From Chiloscyllium plagiosum (lineage: Eukaryota), in contig NC_057718.1 of assembly GCF_004010195.1 (NCBI RefSeq), forward strand, positions 77,330,202-77,360,158: a stretch of 29,957 nucleotides of DNA, written 5' to 3'. A program made the position numbers and the translations under genes. How positions within the stretch are numbered: position 1 is the first letter of the stretch; each line of letters opens with the position of its first letter. The notes under the pieces were generated by a model. The model had not been told where the DNA came from. It saw only the letters and a list, made by a program, of their open reading frames with translations, and did not search any database. Of this stretch, positions 1 to 10,779 are shown in pieces.

Positions 1-720
1 ATAGAATCCCTACAGTGTGGAAACAGGCCCTTCGGCCCAGCAAGTCCACCCCCACCCTCCAAAGAGTAACCCAACCAGACCCCTTCCCCTATTTCTCTAC
101 ATTTAGAAGACTGAGAGGGGATCTGATTGAGACATAAGATTATGAAAGGATTGGACACTCTGGCAGCAGGAAACATGTTTCCGCTGATGGGTGAGTGCCG
201 AACCAGAGGACACAGCTTAAAAATACGGGGTAGACCATTTAGGACAGAGATGAGGAGAAACCTCTTCACCCAGAGAGTAATGGGTGTGTGGAATGCTCTG
301 CCCCAGAGGGCAGTGGAGGCCCAGTCTCTGGATTCATTTAAGAAAGAGTTGGATAGAGCTCTCAAAGATAGTGGAATCAAGAGTTATGGAGATAAGGCAG
401 GAAGAGGATACTGATTAGGAATGATCAGCCATGATCATATTGAATCGGGGTGCAGGCTCGAAGGGCTGAATGGCCTACTCCTGCACCTATTGTCTATTTA
501 CCCCTGACTAATGCACCTAATCCACACATCCCTGAACACTATGGGTAATTTAGCATGGCCGGTTCCCCTAAACTGCACATCTTTGGATTGTGGGAGGAAA
601 CCCATTCAGACACAGGGAGAATGTGCAAACTCCATCCAGATAGTTGCCCGAGACTGGAATTGAATCCAGGTCCCTGGCGCTGTGAGGCAGGAGTGCTAAC
701 CAGTGAGACACCATGTTGCC
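1..720 (-). mobile_element. HE1-type tRNA-derived V-SINE, split by a CR1 insertion (SINE parts ~1..105 and ~496..720)
   Basis: The reverse complement has a tRNA-like head with A/B boxes (~720..650), the V-domain (TGGAGTTTGCACATTCTCCC...TTCCTCCCACAATCCAAAGATGTGC) and the LINE-derived 3' tail (GGGCCTGTTTCCACACTGTAGGGATTCTAT). It is collinear with the uninterrupted copies at 13025, 15051, 20127 and 22487. Confidence 0.85.
101..500 (+). mobile_element. CR1-clade LINE 3' fragment nested in the SINE
   Basis: Encodes a typical CR1 ORF2 C-terminus (RLRGDLIE..., TRGHSLKIRGRPFRTEMRRNLFTQRV..VWNALP), followed by a CR1 3' UTR ending GGCCTACTCCTGCACCTATTGTCTAT. ATTTA flanks both ends (101-105 and 496-500). 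Confidence 0.9.
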
Positions 721-829
721 GCAAGGATCCATGGGGACCTATGTAAGATTTCTCAGTCCTCAAAAGGATCAAGGCTGTTACAGATTCAATTTGGGCCAGA
801 TCACATACTAGTTTTCATGTGACAAGGTC

Positions 830-1440
830 AATGCTGCAGCCCAGGCTTTACCCAACTTCACCTATGTGCCATGAGCCATAATCACCAGGCTACAATGGCA
901 TCATGTTCAGAGTGTCATATTATAACCTAACTATGTTTGTCAACAAAAAGAAAGTTCAATTTTGTTAATATAGTCATCTGTCATTGGTTCCACTTCTCAG
1001 AAATCTGTACTAGGTACCCTTGAAACTGCCATGATGCCCAAATGCTTGAGAATACTCATTTTCACATTTCATTTAAAGGACTAGGTGCCTTACAAAGGAT
1101 GATCATTGGGCGATAAAGGCTTACATCTGTGAACACAGCTGATGACTCCTTTATGGAGCCCTTGAAATCAACTGTTGTTAAAATACAGCCCATTCTTCCA
1201 CAATGGCCACAGTGGAGCAACGGCGGGCCCCCTGAAGATGTGGTTGCAATGCTTGGATCAGCCTGGGGAAGTGTTCAGGCCATTGGGGAGTGATGCGGGT
1301 GGCTTCCAGTACACCTCAAACATATTGTATTGCATAATCCAGCATGCTGTGCTCTGCACACCTAGAACTGGTAGAGGATGGGTGCTGATTAACTGGGAAT
1401 GTGGCAGTGGTCTTCTGACGAGGAAGATGAGGCCATTTCC
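830..1440 (+). pseudogene. Decayed PIF/Harbinger DDE transposase (HARBI1-like) remnant
   Basis: Manual translation across stops and frameshifts gives ordered motifs: FVNKK (~FVNRKG), YP*NCHDAQML (~WPGSCHDSFIL), LGDKGLHL*TQLMTPL (~LGDSGYPLRPWLMTP), HSSTMATVEQ, LKMWLQCLD (~LKMRFRCLD), FQYT and ACCALH. Confidence 0.75.
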
Positions 1441-1519
1441 CAAAAGGCATATCACCTTTACCATGATATAATTCTCCAGTATCAGGCACTACAAAGCAGC
1501 AAACCACACAGGACACAGT

Positions 1520-2110
1520 CGTAGATGCATAAAGCACAGAAACAGATCATTCAAACCACTCAGTCCATGCCGAACATAATCTCAAACTACACTAGTACCA
1601 CTTGCCTGCTCCCGGCCCATATTCCTCCAAACCTTTCCTATCCATGTACTTTTACAAATGTCCTTTATACATTGTAATTGTTCCCACATCCATCACTTTC
1701 TTGGGAAGTTCATTCCACACGCGAACCACCCCTCTCTGTAAAAGTTTTGTCCCATGTCTTTTTAAAATCTCTCTCCTCTTACCTTAAAAATGTGCCCACA
1801 GTCTTGAAATACACCATCTGGGGGAAAAGACAGCTACCATCTATATTCCTCACTATTTTATAAACCACTCTCAACTTCCTACGCTCCAGTGAAAAAAGGT
1901 CCCAGCCTATCCTGCCTTTTTTTTTAAAAAAAATAACTCAAATCCTCCATACCCGGCAACATCCTGGTAAATCTCTTCTGCATTCTCTCCAGTTTAATAA
2001 TATCCTTCCTATAACTGTGCAACCAGAACTAGACACAGCATTCCAGAAGAGGCGTCATCAATGTCCTGTACAATCTCAACATGACTTCCCAATTCCTATA
2101 CTCAAAAAAC
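1520..2110 (-). mobile_element. CR1-clade LINE 3' fragment
   Basis: Reverse complement resembles the CR1 ORF2 C-terminal region and 3' UTR. It is homologous to the CR1 copies at 6070-7030 and 7820-8400. Confidence 0.8.
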
Positions 2111-2295
2111 TGGTTTCCTCCCACAATCCAAAGATGTGCAGATTTGGTGAATCGGTCATGCTAAATTACCCGTAGAGTTGGGTGCATTAGTTAAGGGGGA
2201 ATGGGACTGGTGGGTTATTCTTCAGAGGGTTGGTGTGGACTTGTTGGGCCGATGGGCCTGTTTTCACACTCTAGGGAATCTAATCTAATCTAATC
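2111..2295 (+). mobile_element. 5'-truncated HE1-type V-SINE
   Basis: Contains the end of the V-domain (GGTTTCCTCCCACAATCCAAAGATGTGCAG), the LINE-like tail and a terminal (TAATC)n repeat. Confidence 0.85.
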
Positions 2296-2545
2296 AATAA
2301 ACGATCAAGTGGACGTAGAAAGGGAAAAAGCTTCCTGGTTTAGGGTATGTTCAGATCACACAAAGTGAAAAGTTTTACCACTGAACTTTGAGCGAACAAT
2401 ACTGACATTGCAATGATTCCTGGAGGCCATACCAGCATGCTGTAGCCACTGGATGTTTGCATCAATAAACCTTTTAAGGACTTAGTATGGAAGAAATGGG
2501 ACACTTGGATGCAAGAAGGGGAAGGCATAGCAGGCAGAATGGAGT
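2296..2545 (+). pseudogene. Decayed pogo/Tigger-family DDE_1 transposase remnant
   Basis: One frame reads NKRSSGRRKGKSFLV*GMFRSH...TDIAMIPGGHTSML*PLDVCINKPFKDLVWKKWDTWMQEGE. This matches the pogo signature LLVWDxFRxH...IPGGxTxxLQPLDVxxNKPFK, with in-frame stops. Confidence 0.8.
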
Positions 2546-3836
2546 TAAAAATCACACACCATTTCAGAGCCCTGCTCCTTCATCAGGTGGTTCATTGCCT
2601 GCAAACTTTTTGTTATTCAAAAACAAACATTTCCAGTTTAGATCCAGAAACAAATGCAATTTTTGTTTTCTTCTACCTTAGATTTTCTTATTTGATAAAT
2701 GTTCACATGAACAATATCAAGATGTTATGCTCCATTAGGTATTAGGGAAAGAGTTTTGCTTTTTCTTACAGGTTCCTAACAATGGTATGGCTTTGTGGAT
2801 AGTTAACCTTGTAGCTTCTTGCTTATTGTTGCTGATACTATGACCGTCAATCAGATAGATGAGCATCTAAAGTGGCAATATATTTAATAAACATCCAAAG
2901 TGTCATCTCTGCTATCTCTCTACTACCAGAAGCTTTTCTGTTTCATTTTCCTCACTCTGTTTGTACTGTGAAGGGCTATTCATGGCTGGCAGTGTTTGAA
3001 GTGAAGCACAGTTAAGCTTTAAACAACTAGTTACAATTTAAAGATTGCATCTGACCAGAGCAGGTATTGATCCTGGAGCCAACATTTGTGGGAAAGGTAA
3101 GAGACAACCTGATGCATTACCAAAGTCTGGTGTAATACTGAACCTTTTACAGCATGATTGGTCTTCGTCATGAAGGATAGCTTCCATCTCGAAAGATATT
3201 TTGAATAAATGGGAACATTAGTTCTAATTTAAGGATATTCATTACTCATTTGGACTCTGGGAGAATGAGAACAGGCATACACTACACAGAATGATTGTAG
3301 ATTATTTTGTTTAATAAAGTTCATTAACCACTCCTTCTTAGAGCTGTTATAAGAAATGAGTAATACAGCCAAAGTTACACAATGCAGTGAAGCAGATTAC
3401 AGGCGGATTGTTAAACATTTACTCCAATATGATTTCCAGTAGTTTACTGCAATAACAATCAGAAAATGACTGTGAAGTGCATTGTATTACACTATTGTAA
3501 ATAAGCAGAACATTGTTATTTCACTTACTGGTCATATGGTTACTGCATAGCACAATAGGCATCTGCTGACCATTATTTTCTTGTGTAATAATGTTTACAA
3601 CTGTCATATAATACTGTGTGAAAATAAAATTTGTTTCTATCACTTGTGATAACTGGTTCAGTAGCACCCAATGGTTGGTTTGGTTTCCAGACAAAAATAA
3701 ATTACAATACCTGTAAACTATTTTTAAATGAAAAATAAATAAATTACCCCCAAGAACTGTGTTTCCATTTGTGAAGAATTTAATACCTTAATTTATAAAA
3801 TTAAAGTAACTGGGGTTAAAACAAAAGTTCAACTAT

Positions 3837-5771
3837 TTAATTTTGAAAGCAGCATTCACTAAGCAATGGAGGATTCCGTGGACCCCACAGAAAAGAACCA
3901 AAACATTCTTTTCTATTAGAAGAGCCATCCAGATGGGGCTCACTTTTACTTTTTGCACTCTTTGGTTGCTGTAATATCTTTGGCATCTTCTGCAATTCCT
4001 GCATTATGATCCTTATGTTTATAGGGTCCCGGGAAGCCTTTAGTGTTATTTCATTAAATGGAAATGTCAGTATAAAATCACCAATGCGGTTCTTAGGCTT
4101 CTTATCAACTTCTGAAAGACTATACTGAGGAAAAGATGCTAGTTTGTATCTTTGCAAATCAACTGAAGGAAATCTTGGGCCCATTTTATGAAAATTCCCA
4201 TTAGATTGTTCATATTTTGCTCCCAGCAACATTACTCTGCCCACTGGATTCTGTGTGCGTATATAACTTCTGTTCATCTTTTCTCTCATCTGTGAAGTCA
4301 AGGTTTTCTTTGGCAGTGATCTAGTGGGCTTCACATTCTTTATGCATTTCTTAGTGTCCAAACAATAGACAGACACAGCACCTGTAGAACTATATACCTT
4401 CTTGATATTTTTCCCAGAATCTTCCCCAGTGGAACGTGGCATGTGGGAGAACTGTTTGCTGGTATAAGATGATTTGTTCTCTTCTTCTACTTTTTGGGAA
4501 TCCATCTCTTGATCTTCACTTTGGTTGTACCCATTAGATTGATTACAATTTTTACGATAGACTAACAGTGAATCATTTTGGGTACTGGACCAAATTTCTT
4601 TTGCTTTTTTAGAAGCATTGGAGTGAAGAGGCAGCACATTTCCAAATGAGTTAGTCACATAAAAGGAAGGATGGCTCCGAGAAAGTATATTATATTGCCA
4701 AGGACTTGGGTAACCACGTTGGCGCAATCTATCGACCTCTTTATAATTCAGCAGATCAATGAGGTCATATAAAAGCCCTTTCTTCACTATTACATCAGCA
4801 TTACAGTCTACCATTAGTGCTGGACTATAATTTACTTCTAAAAGCCATGGTTTTATGTTTTCATCTATTAGGATATCAAACCCAAAGAGTTCAAGACAGT
4901 TAGGAGGGGATGGAATGGAGGGAGTAATTGTTAGCAAAGTCATTGTCACAATATTGCTTATCCTCTGCCACATGAGTGGTTCATTTATATTAAGACTATG
5001 CAGAAAAGCACGGAATTGACTCATTGTCCATTTGCAACCAGAACCAACCCGTTCTTTATCCACTGTGTAGGAAGGTCCAAATCTATTGATGCTGGTGTTT
5101 GTCAAATGAGCATATACATTATCTAAAGATGCAAGACTATACTTTTCTGTCCCAAACCGCACCAGACCTTCTTGATAAATATAAACTATCAATGGACAGA
5201 AACTAGTGACACAAACATAGATTCGCAAATCAAATTTGTAACCAGAGATAAGAAGAGGATTGCTGATATATTTTTGTACGATAACAGAACAGCTGTAAGT
5301 CAAATCTTTAATATCTTGAAATATAAATATTCCTCTACCACGAGAGAGATCAACAGGCTTGCATATCCAGTATCCAAGCTTTCCGCCATTTGCCTTCTTG
5401 TCTTTTGTATATTCAGCGACAAATTTGGTGTAATCATTGGGAAGAATGAAAGCTATAGGGCTAAAGTTATATGTTGTAGAGCCATAAACCCCTGACATAC
5501 GCTTTAAATTACGAGCAAGATTGTCTTTTCGAGTTATGCCCATGATTTTTGGGTAGTGGATCAATCTTTGCCAAGGCATAATGTTTTCATACTCTGCATT
5601 GGAAAAACCCGATCGCCAATATAAATTCCAATCATTTTCATCCTGTTCTTCCTCATTAAATTCCACCCAACCACGCTCAAGGAGAACATCACGCACAATT
5701 TCAGGTGTGCCTTCATGGAGACGAAAGACCAATGACTTGGTTAGATCTTCTGATCCAGATTGACATGACAT
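3837..5771 (-). CDS. TTLL2: Probable tubulin polyglutamylase TTLL2 (TTL/ATP-grasp family), 644 aa, whole CDS in one exon
   Basis: Intact 1935-nt ORF with TTL motifs WNLYW, TRKD, YWICKP...SRGRGI, VQKYI, KFDLRIYV, HLTNTSIN, ELFGFDILID and WLLEVNYSP. Blocks I recognise from vertebrate TTLL2 include LVFR..E.TP..V..VLLERGW, PNDYTKFVAEY, GCKWT and the C-terminal GDFILTFPFN. Kozak context is accATGt, with in-frame TAG/TAA just upstream. Confidence 0.92.
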   Translation of the reverse strand: MSCQSGSEDLTKSLVFRLHEGTPEIVRDVLLERGWVEFNEEEQDENDWNLYWRSGFSNAEYENIMPWQRLIHYPKIMGITRKDNLARNLKRMSGVYGSTTYNFSPIAFILPNDYTKFVAEYTKDKKANGGKLGYWICKPVDLSRGRGIFIFQDIKDLTYSCSVIVQKYISNPLLISGYKFDLRIYVCVTSFCPLIVYIYQEGLVRFGTEKYSLASLDNVYAHLTNTSINRFGPSYTVDKERVGSGCKWTMSQFRAFLHSLNINEPLMWQRISNIVTMTLLTITPSIPSPPNCLELFGFDILIDENIKPWLLEVNYSPALMVDCNADVIVKKGLLYDLIDLLNYKEVDRLRQRGYPSPWQYNILSRSHPSFYVTNSFGNVLPLHSNASKKAKEIWSSTQNDSLLVYRKNCNQSNGYNQSEDQEMDSQKVEEENKSSYTSKQFSHMPRSTGEDSGKNIKKVYSSTGAVSVYCLDTKKCIKNVKPTRSLPKKTLTSQMREKMNRSYIRTQNPVGRVMLLGAKYEQSNGNFHKMGPRFPSVDLQRYKLASFPQYSLSEVDKKPKNRIGDFILTFPFNEITLKASRDPINIRIIMQELQKMPKILQQPKSAKSKSEPHLDGSSNRKECFGSFLWGPRNPPLLSECCFQN

Positions 5772-5794
5772 GGTTCTATGCAGTACTTACTATC

Positions 5795-5840
5795 CTTTAA
5801 AGGCAGAGAGAGAGGGAGGGAAATAAAAGATTAATAATTC
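5795..5840 (-). other. TTLL2: Splice acceptor and polypyrimidine tract of the TTLL2 coding exon (exon starts at 5794)
   Basis: Minus strand reads ttattaatcttttatttccctccctctctctctgcctttaaAG|gatag, 23 nt before the ATG. Confidence 0.8.
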
Positions 5841-6069
5841 TTATATCACAACATAATGACAAGTCCATTGCTCAATCTAAACAAAATCAATGTATGTTGG
5901 GCAAGAGAATTTGAAAAGTTAAGTTAAAACAATACAATACTCCAATCTAGCCAATAATTAAGCACCACACCTCACTAGTTAGTGGAATGAATGTATTAAA
6001 TTGATGGAGCAGTAGCATTCCATTTCTGAAGGGGCAGTGTTTAGAGGTTGTCTAAAAAATGTGAAGACC

Positions 6070-7030
6070 AAATATAAATAAGTATATTGGATGTGAATAC
6101 AGGAGGTATGACCTCCTTTGTACATGATACAAAATTGGTGTTGTAGTGGACAGCAAAGAAGGTTATCTCAGAGTATAATGGGACCTTGATCAGATGGGTT
6201 GATGGGCTGAGAAGTGGCAGTTGGAGTTTAATTTAGAATGTGAGATGTTGCATTTTGGAAAGGCAAATCAGGGCAGGACATATACCTAATGGTAGGATCC
6301 TGGGGAGTGTTGTCAAACAAAAAGACCTTAGGGTAAGCGTCAAAGTCCCTTGAAAGTGGAGTAGCAGGTAGATAAGACAATGAAGGCAGCATTTGGTACA
6401 CTTGTGTTTGTTGGTCAGTGCATTGAGTATAGATGTTGGCATGCCATGTTGATGTTGTACAGGACATTAGTTAAGCCGCTAATGGAAAACTGCATTCAAT
6501 TCCAGTCTCCCTGCTGTAGGAAAGATGTTATGAAACTTGAAAGGGTTCAGAAAAGATTTGCAAGGATGTTGCCGAGGTTAGAGGGTTTCAGATATAGGGA
6601 GAGGCTTAATAGGCTGGGGCTGTTTTTCCTGGAATGTAGGAAACGGAGGGGTGACTTTATAGACATTTATAAAATCATGACGGACATGGATAGGGTGAAC
6701 AACCAAGGTCTTTTTCCCAGGATAGAGGAATCCAAAATCAGAGGGCACATGTTTAAGGTAAGAGGGAAAAAATTCAAAAAATAACCTAAGGGGAAAGCTT
6801 TTCACACAGAGGATGGTCCCTGTATGGAAGGAGCTGCCAGAGGAAGTGGTGGAGGCTGGTACAATTACAGCATTTAAAAGGCATCTGGATGGGTACATGT
6901 ACTGGATGGATTTAGAGGGATATGGGCCAAATGTTGTCAAATAGAACTAGATTAATTTATGATATCTGGTCAGCATGGACGTGTTGAACTGAATGGTCTA
7001 TTTTCATGCTGTTCAACTTTGTGACTCTAG
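6070..7030 (+). mobile_element. CR1-clade LINE 3' ~1 kb (RT C-terminus and 3' UTR)
   Basis: ORF 6380..6784 reads LYRTLVKPLMENCIQFQSP...LERVQKRFARMLP...RGDFIDIYKIM. A degenerate (F)ADDTK-like motif lies near 6120, and the 3' end reads CATGCTGTTCAACTTTGTGACTCTA. Confidence 0.9.
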
Positions 7031-9369
7031 ATTCTGAATGCTGGTGGCAAACTGATGGGAATTGTGTTGTGTTCGTGAACACCCTCCTACTAGATTGGTA
7101 AGTAGGTTCAAGTTACTTGAAAATCTCAAAATCGCTTTACCTAACAGACAAAATGATAGTTTGCAGGTACAAAGCAACTATGTACTTATCTTTAGCCAAG
7201 TACGTTGTTAATTGGATTCCACGTAGCCACTGGTCATGTGATGTTATTCTCATTTTTGGTCATTCAATTCAAAACAGTGACATGGAATGGAGAGGTGGCT
7301 CCCTGCCCTCAAACCTATGGATTTTGTGAGCTGGTAATACGTCTAACAGGACAAACTACTGCCTACTGATTGATTTAAAAGATATTATGCAATGCAAGTG
7401 ACTAGTTAGGCAATTAATCATTCTGTGAATCCATCCATTTTTTCACTATTTTCACAAAGAGCACAAAGCTATAAAACCAAAAACAACGAGCTACAATTTA
7501 AAGATTTACACTTACATTCTGGTTTTGTGACTGTCTACTTAATTCTTGGGTTTTTTAATATATAAATCAGGTCTTGAAATCCCTAGCTGCAAGTTGAACC
7601 AATGACCCAGAATTTTCAGTCAATGCCAGTACCTCATGAAAAAAGTCAGTTACATACATGTTGGCAGATGCAAATCTCAAAATTGGAGTTACGTGCTTGG
7701 CTGCTCATAAATTACAAAAAGTCAAGTCTGACTGAATATTGGAGCACCTGACTGAAACAGTAGGAGGTAAGCAGCGAAACAGCTGAGTTTACTGTCAGAT
7801 AGCTGGAAAGGATGGTGTTAAACATAGAACACTACAGGTCTATTGGCTCTCAATGTTGTGCTGAACTTTTATCCTACTCGAAGATCAGACAAATCTACAT
7901 ACCCTTCATTGTACTACTACCTTCCATGTGCCTATCCAAGAGTTGCTTAAATGTCCCTAATGTATCTGACTCTACTGCCACTGCTGGCAATGCATTCCAC
8001 GCACCCACCACTCTGAGTAAACAGCCTACCTCTAACATCTCCCCTAAACGCTCCTCCAATTACATTAAAATCATGACCCCTCATGACAGAAATTTCCGTT
8101 CTAGCTATCCACTCTATCTATTTTGTACACGTCTGTCAAGCCACTTCTCATGCTCCTTTGCCCCAATTAGAAAAGCTCTAGCTCCTCAACCTTTCTTCAT
8201 AAGACATGCCCTCCAGTCCAGGCAGCATCCTGGTAAATCTCGTCTGCACTCTCTCAAGTTTCCACATCTTTCCTGTAATGAGGCGACCAGAACTGAACAC
8301 AATATTCCCAGTGTGGTCTAACCAGGACTCTATAGAGTTGCCGCATAAGCCCGTGGCTCTTAAACTCAATCCTCGTGCTAATGAGGATTCTTAAACAACC
8401 CTATCAACTTGGGTGACAACTTTGAGGGATCTATGGAATGAACCCAAGATCCCTCTGTTGCTCCATACTGCCAAGAATCCTGCCTTTAACTCTGTAAAGT
8501 GCATTCAGATCCAACCTTCCAAAGTGAATCACTTCACTTTTCCAGGTTGAATTCCATCTGCCACTCATCAGCCCAGCTCTGCATCCTGTCATTGTCCCGT
8601 TGAAACCTACAACAGCCCTCCACAGTATCCACAACTCCACCAACCTATGTGTCATCGGCAAACTTACTAACCCACCCTCCACTTCCTCACTCAAGTCATT
8701 TGTAAAAATCACAAAAAGCACAGGTCCCAGAATTGATCCCTGCAGAACACCACTGGTGACTGAGCTCCAGGGTGAATATTTTCCATCTACTACCACCCTC
8801 TGCCTTCTATGGGCCAGCCAATTCTGTATCCCTACAGTCAAATTTCCCTGTATCCCATGCCTCCTCACTTACCAAATGAACCTACCATGGGGAACCTTAC
8901 CAAACACCTTGCTAAAATCCATGTACACAACATCAACTGCTCTACCTTCAATAAGGATTGTTAGGCATGTTCCATCCCTCGCAAAGCCATGCTGACTATC
9001 TCTAATCAAACTATGGTTTTCCAAGTAATCATAAATATTGTCTCTCAGAATCCTCTCCAATACTTTGCCCTCCACTGACATGAGATTGACTGGTCTGTAA
9101 TTCCCAGGGTTATCCCTATTCCCTTTCTTGAATAACATTTGCCACCCTACAATCATCTGGCACTACTCCAGTGGACAGTGAGGACGTGAAGATTATCGCC
9201 AAAGGCACAGCAATCTCTTCCTTCACTTCCTGTAGTTAGCTTGGGTATATCCCATCTGGCCCAGGGGATATATCCATTCCAAATTTTCAACACAGCCTCC
9301 TTCTTAACATCAAACCGTTTGAACATATCAGTCTATTTCACGCTTTCCTCAGAAATGTCATGGTCCCCC

Positions 9370-9994
9370 TATGGAAAATAATGAACATGAAAGCATGGGA
9401 AGGGTTAAAGCATGAAGACCACTGGCAATCTGTGGTCTGTAAAGGCAGGATGGGATATGAATAGTGGAATGCTCTTACACTAATTAGCAGAGTAAGGTTA
9501 AGGCTGAAAGGTCACTATGGCGAGGTAAGATAACACAAGTAATAATGCAAGTTACTCTGTTAAGTGTTATTATGACAGGATTGGGCTTAATTAGTTAGTA
9601 GAGTCAGCTTGAGACAGGAGACTATTGTAATAGATGGAATAGCTAAATATCTATCATGACAGGTTAGTCTGAAATGGAAGATCACTGTAGCAGAGTTAGC
9701 AATAAATATCTAACCGTGACATTAGGATAACATTAAGTAGAATGTACAACTAAAGAGATAATGGGAACTAACATCACTGGTTTATTGTGTAGCTAGAGTG
9801 AGGGACTTTGATTAATATAGTTGGACATGCTGATAAGCTAATAGAAACATGATAAAAAAAAATCCACGGACCCTGAGGTTCGGGGGCATTCGAGAATCTG
9901 CTTTCTCAGTGTCACGGTTTTGTGTTTGCAAATAAAGTACCTACTTCTTGAAGAACTCTGTCTCCTGGTGATTCTCTATATTTTCTCCACAACA
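9370..9994 (+). mobile_element. Probable solo LTR (~625 bp; ERV or Gypsy type)
   Basis: Clean insertion into CR1 with CCCC on both sides (9366-9369 and 9995-9998). Termini are TATGGAAAA (likely decayed TGTGG) and TTCTCCACAACA. It has a TATA-like A-run near 9851, AATAAA at 9931-9936, imperfect internal repeats (AAATATCTA...TGACA) and no long ORF. Confidence 0.75.
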
Positions 9995-10158
9995 CCCCTC
10001 AGTAGTGAATACTGAAACAAAGTATTAATTGAAGACCTCCCCTACCTCCAACTCCAGACACAAGTTCCCTCCAGTATCCCGAATTGGCCCTATCCTCACT
10101 CTTGAGAGTGTGGTGCTGGAAAAGCACAGCCCGTCAGACAGCATCCAAGAAGCAAGAC

Positions 10159-10194
10159 AATCGACGTTTCAGGCATAAACCCTTCATCAGGAAT
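10159..10194 (-). ncRNA. Minimal type I hammerhead ribozyme motif (core intact) in the Penelope pLTR
   Basis: Minus strand reads auuc CUGAUGA A GGGU-UUAU-GCCU GAAA CGUC gauu. It has the conserved boxes, stem II with two G-U wobbles, a palindromic ACGU stem III and a GUC cleavage triplet. Stem I is very short. Confidence 0.75.
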
Positions 10195-10767
10195 GAGGCT
10201 CATGTGCCAAGAGGGCAGATATAAAAATGGGAGGGGTGGAGCTGGGGGGAGGGGTGGGGTAAGGTAGCTGAGAGTGTAATCGGTAAACGAAGGTGGGGGT
10301 GAAAGTGATTGGTCAGAGAGGATGGTGGAGCAGATAGGTGGGCAGGAAGATGGACGGGTAGAACAGGTCAAGAGGGCAGTGCTGAGTTGGAAGGTTGGAT
10401 CTGGGATAAGATCGGGGGAAGGAGAAATGAGGAAACTGGTGAAATCCACATTGATCCCATGTGGTTGGAGGGTCCCATAGTGGAAGATGAGGTGTTCTTC
10501 CTCCAGGTGGCAGGAGATAAGGGTTTGGCAATGGAGGAGGCCTCGGACATGCATGTCCTTGGGGGAGTTAAAGTGTTCAGCCACGGGCCGGTGGGTTGTT
10601 TCTTGCATGTGTCCTGGAGACGTTCTCGGAGGCATTCTGCAAGTAGGTGTCCTGTCTCCCCAATGAGGAGGAGACCACATCGGGAGCAATCGATATAATA
10701 AATGACGTGTGTGGAAGTGGAAGTAAATCTCTGACAGATGCGGATGGCTCCTTTGGGGCCTTGGGCA

Positions 10768-10779
10768 NNNNNNNNNNNN
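10768..10779. other. Assembly gap (12 N)
   Basis: Run of N inside the Penelope-like element. Confidence 0.98.

Noticed and set aside
830..1440. Domesticated HARBI1 gene
   Set aside because: It has multiple stops and frameshifts and no exon structure, so it is a decayed transposon copy.
2880..3790. TTLL2 polyadenylation site, or a convergent plus-strand gene end
   Set aside because: Minus-strand ATTAAA candidates (3784..3779, 3315..3310, 2888..2883) and several plus-strand AATAAA hexamers occur in AT-rich DNA. None can be singled out without transcript data.
3837..5771. TTLL2 as a processed retro-pseudogene because the CDS is intronless
   Set aside because: The ORF and catalytic motifs are intact and there is a good splice acceptor 23 nt upstream. 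No poly(A) remnant or TSD is visible, and vertebrate TTLL2 has most of its CDS in one large exon.
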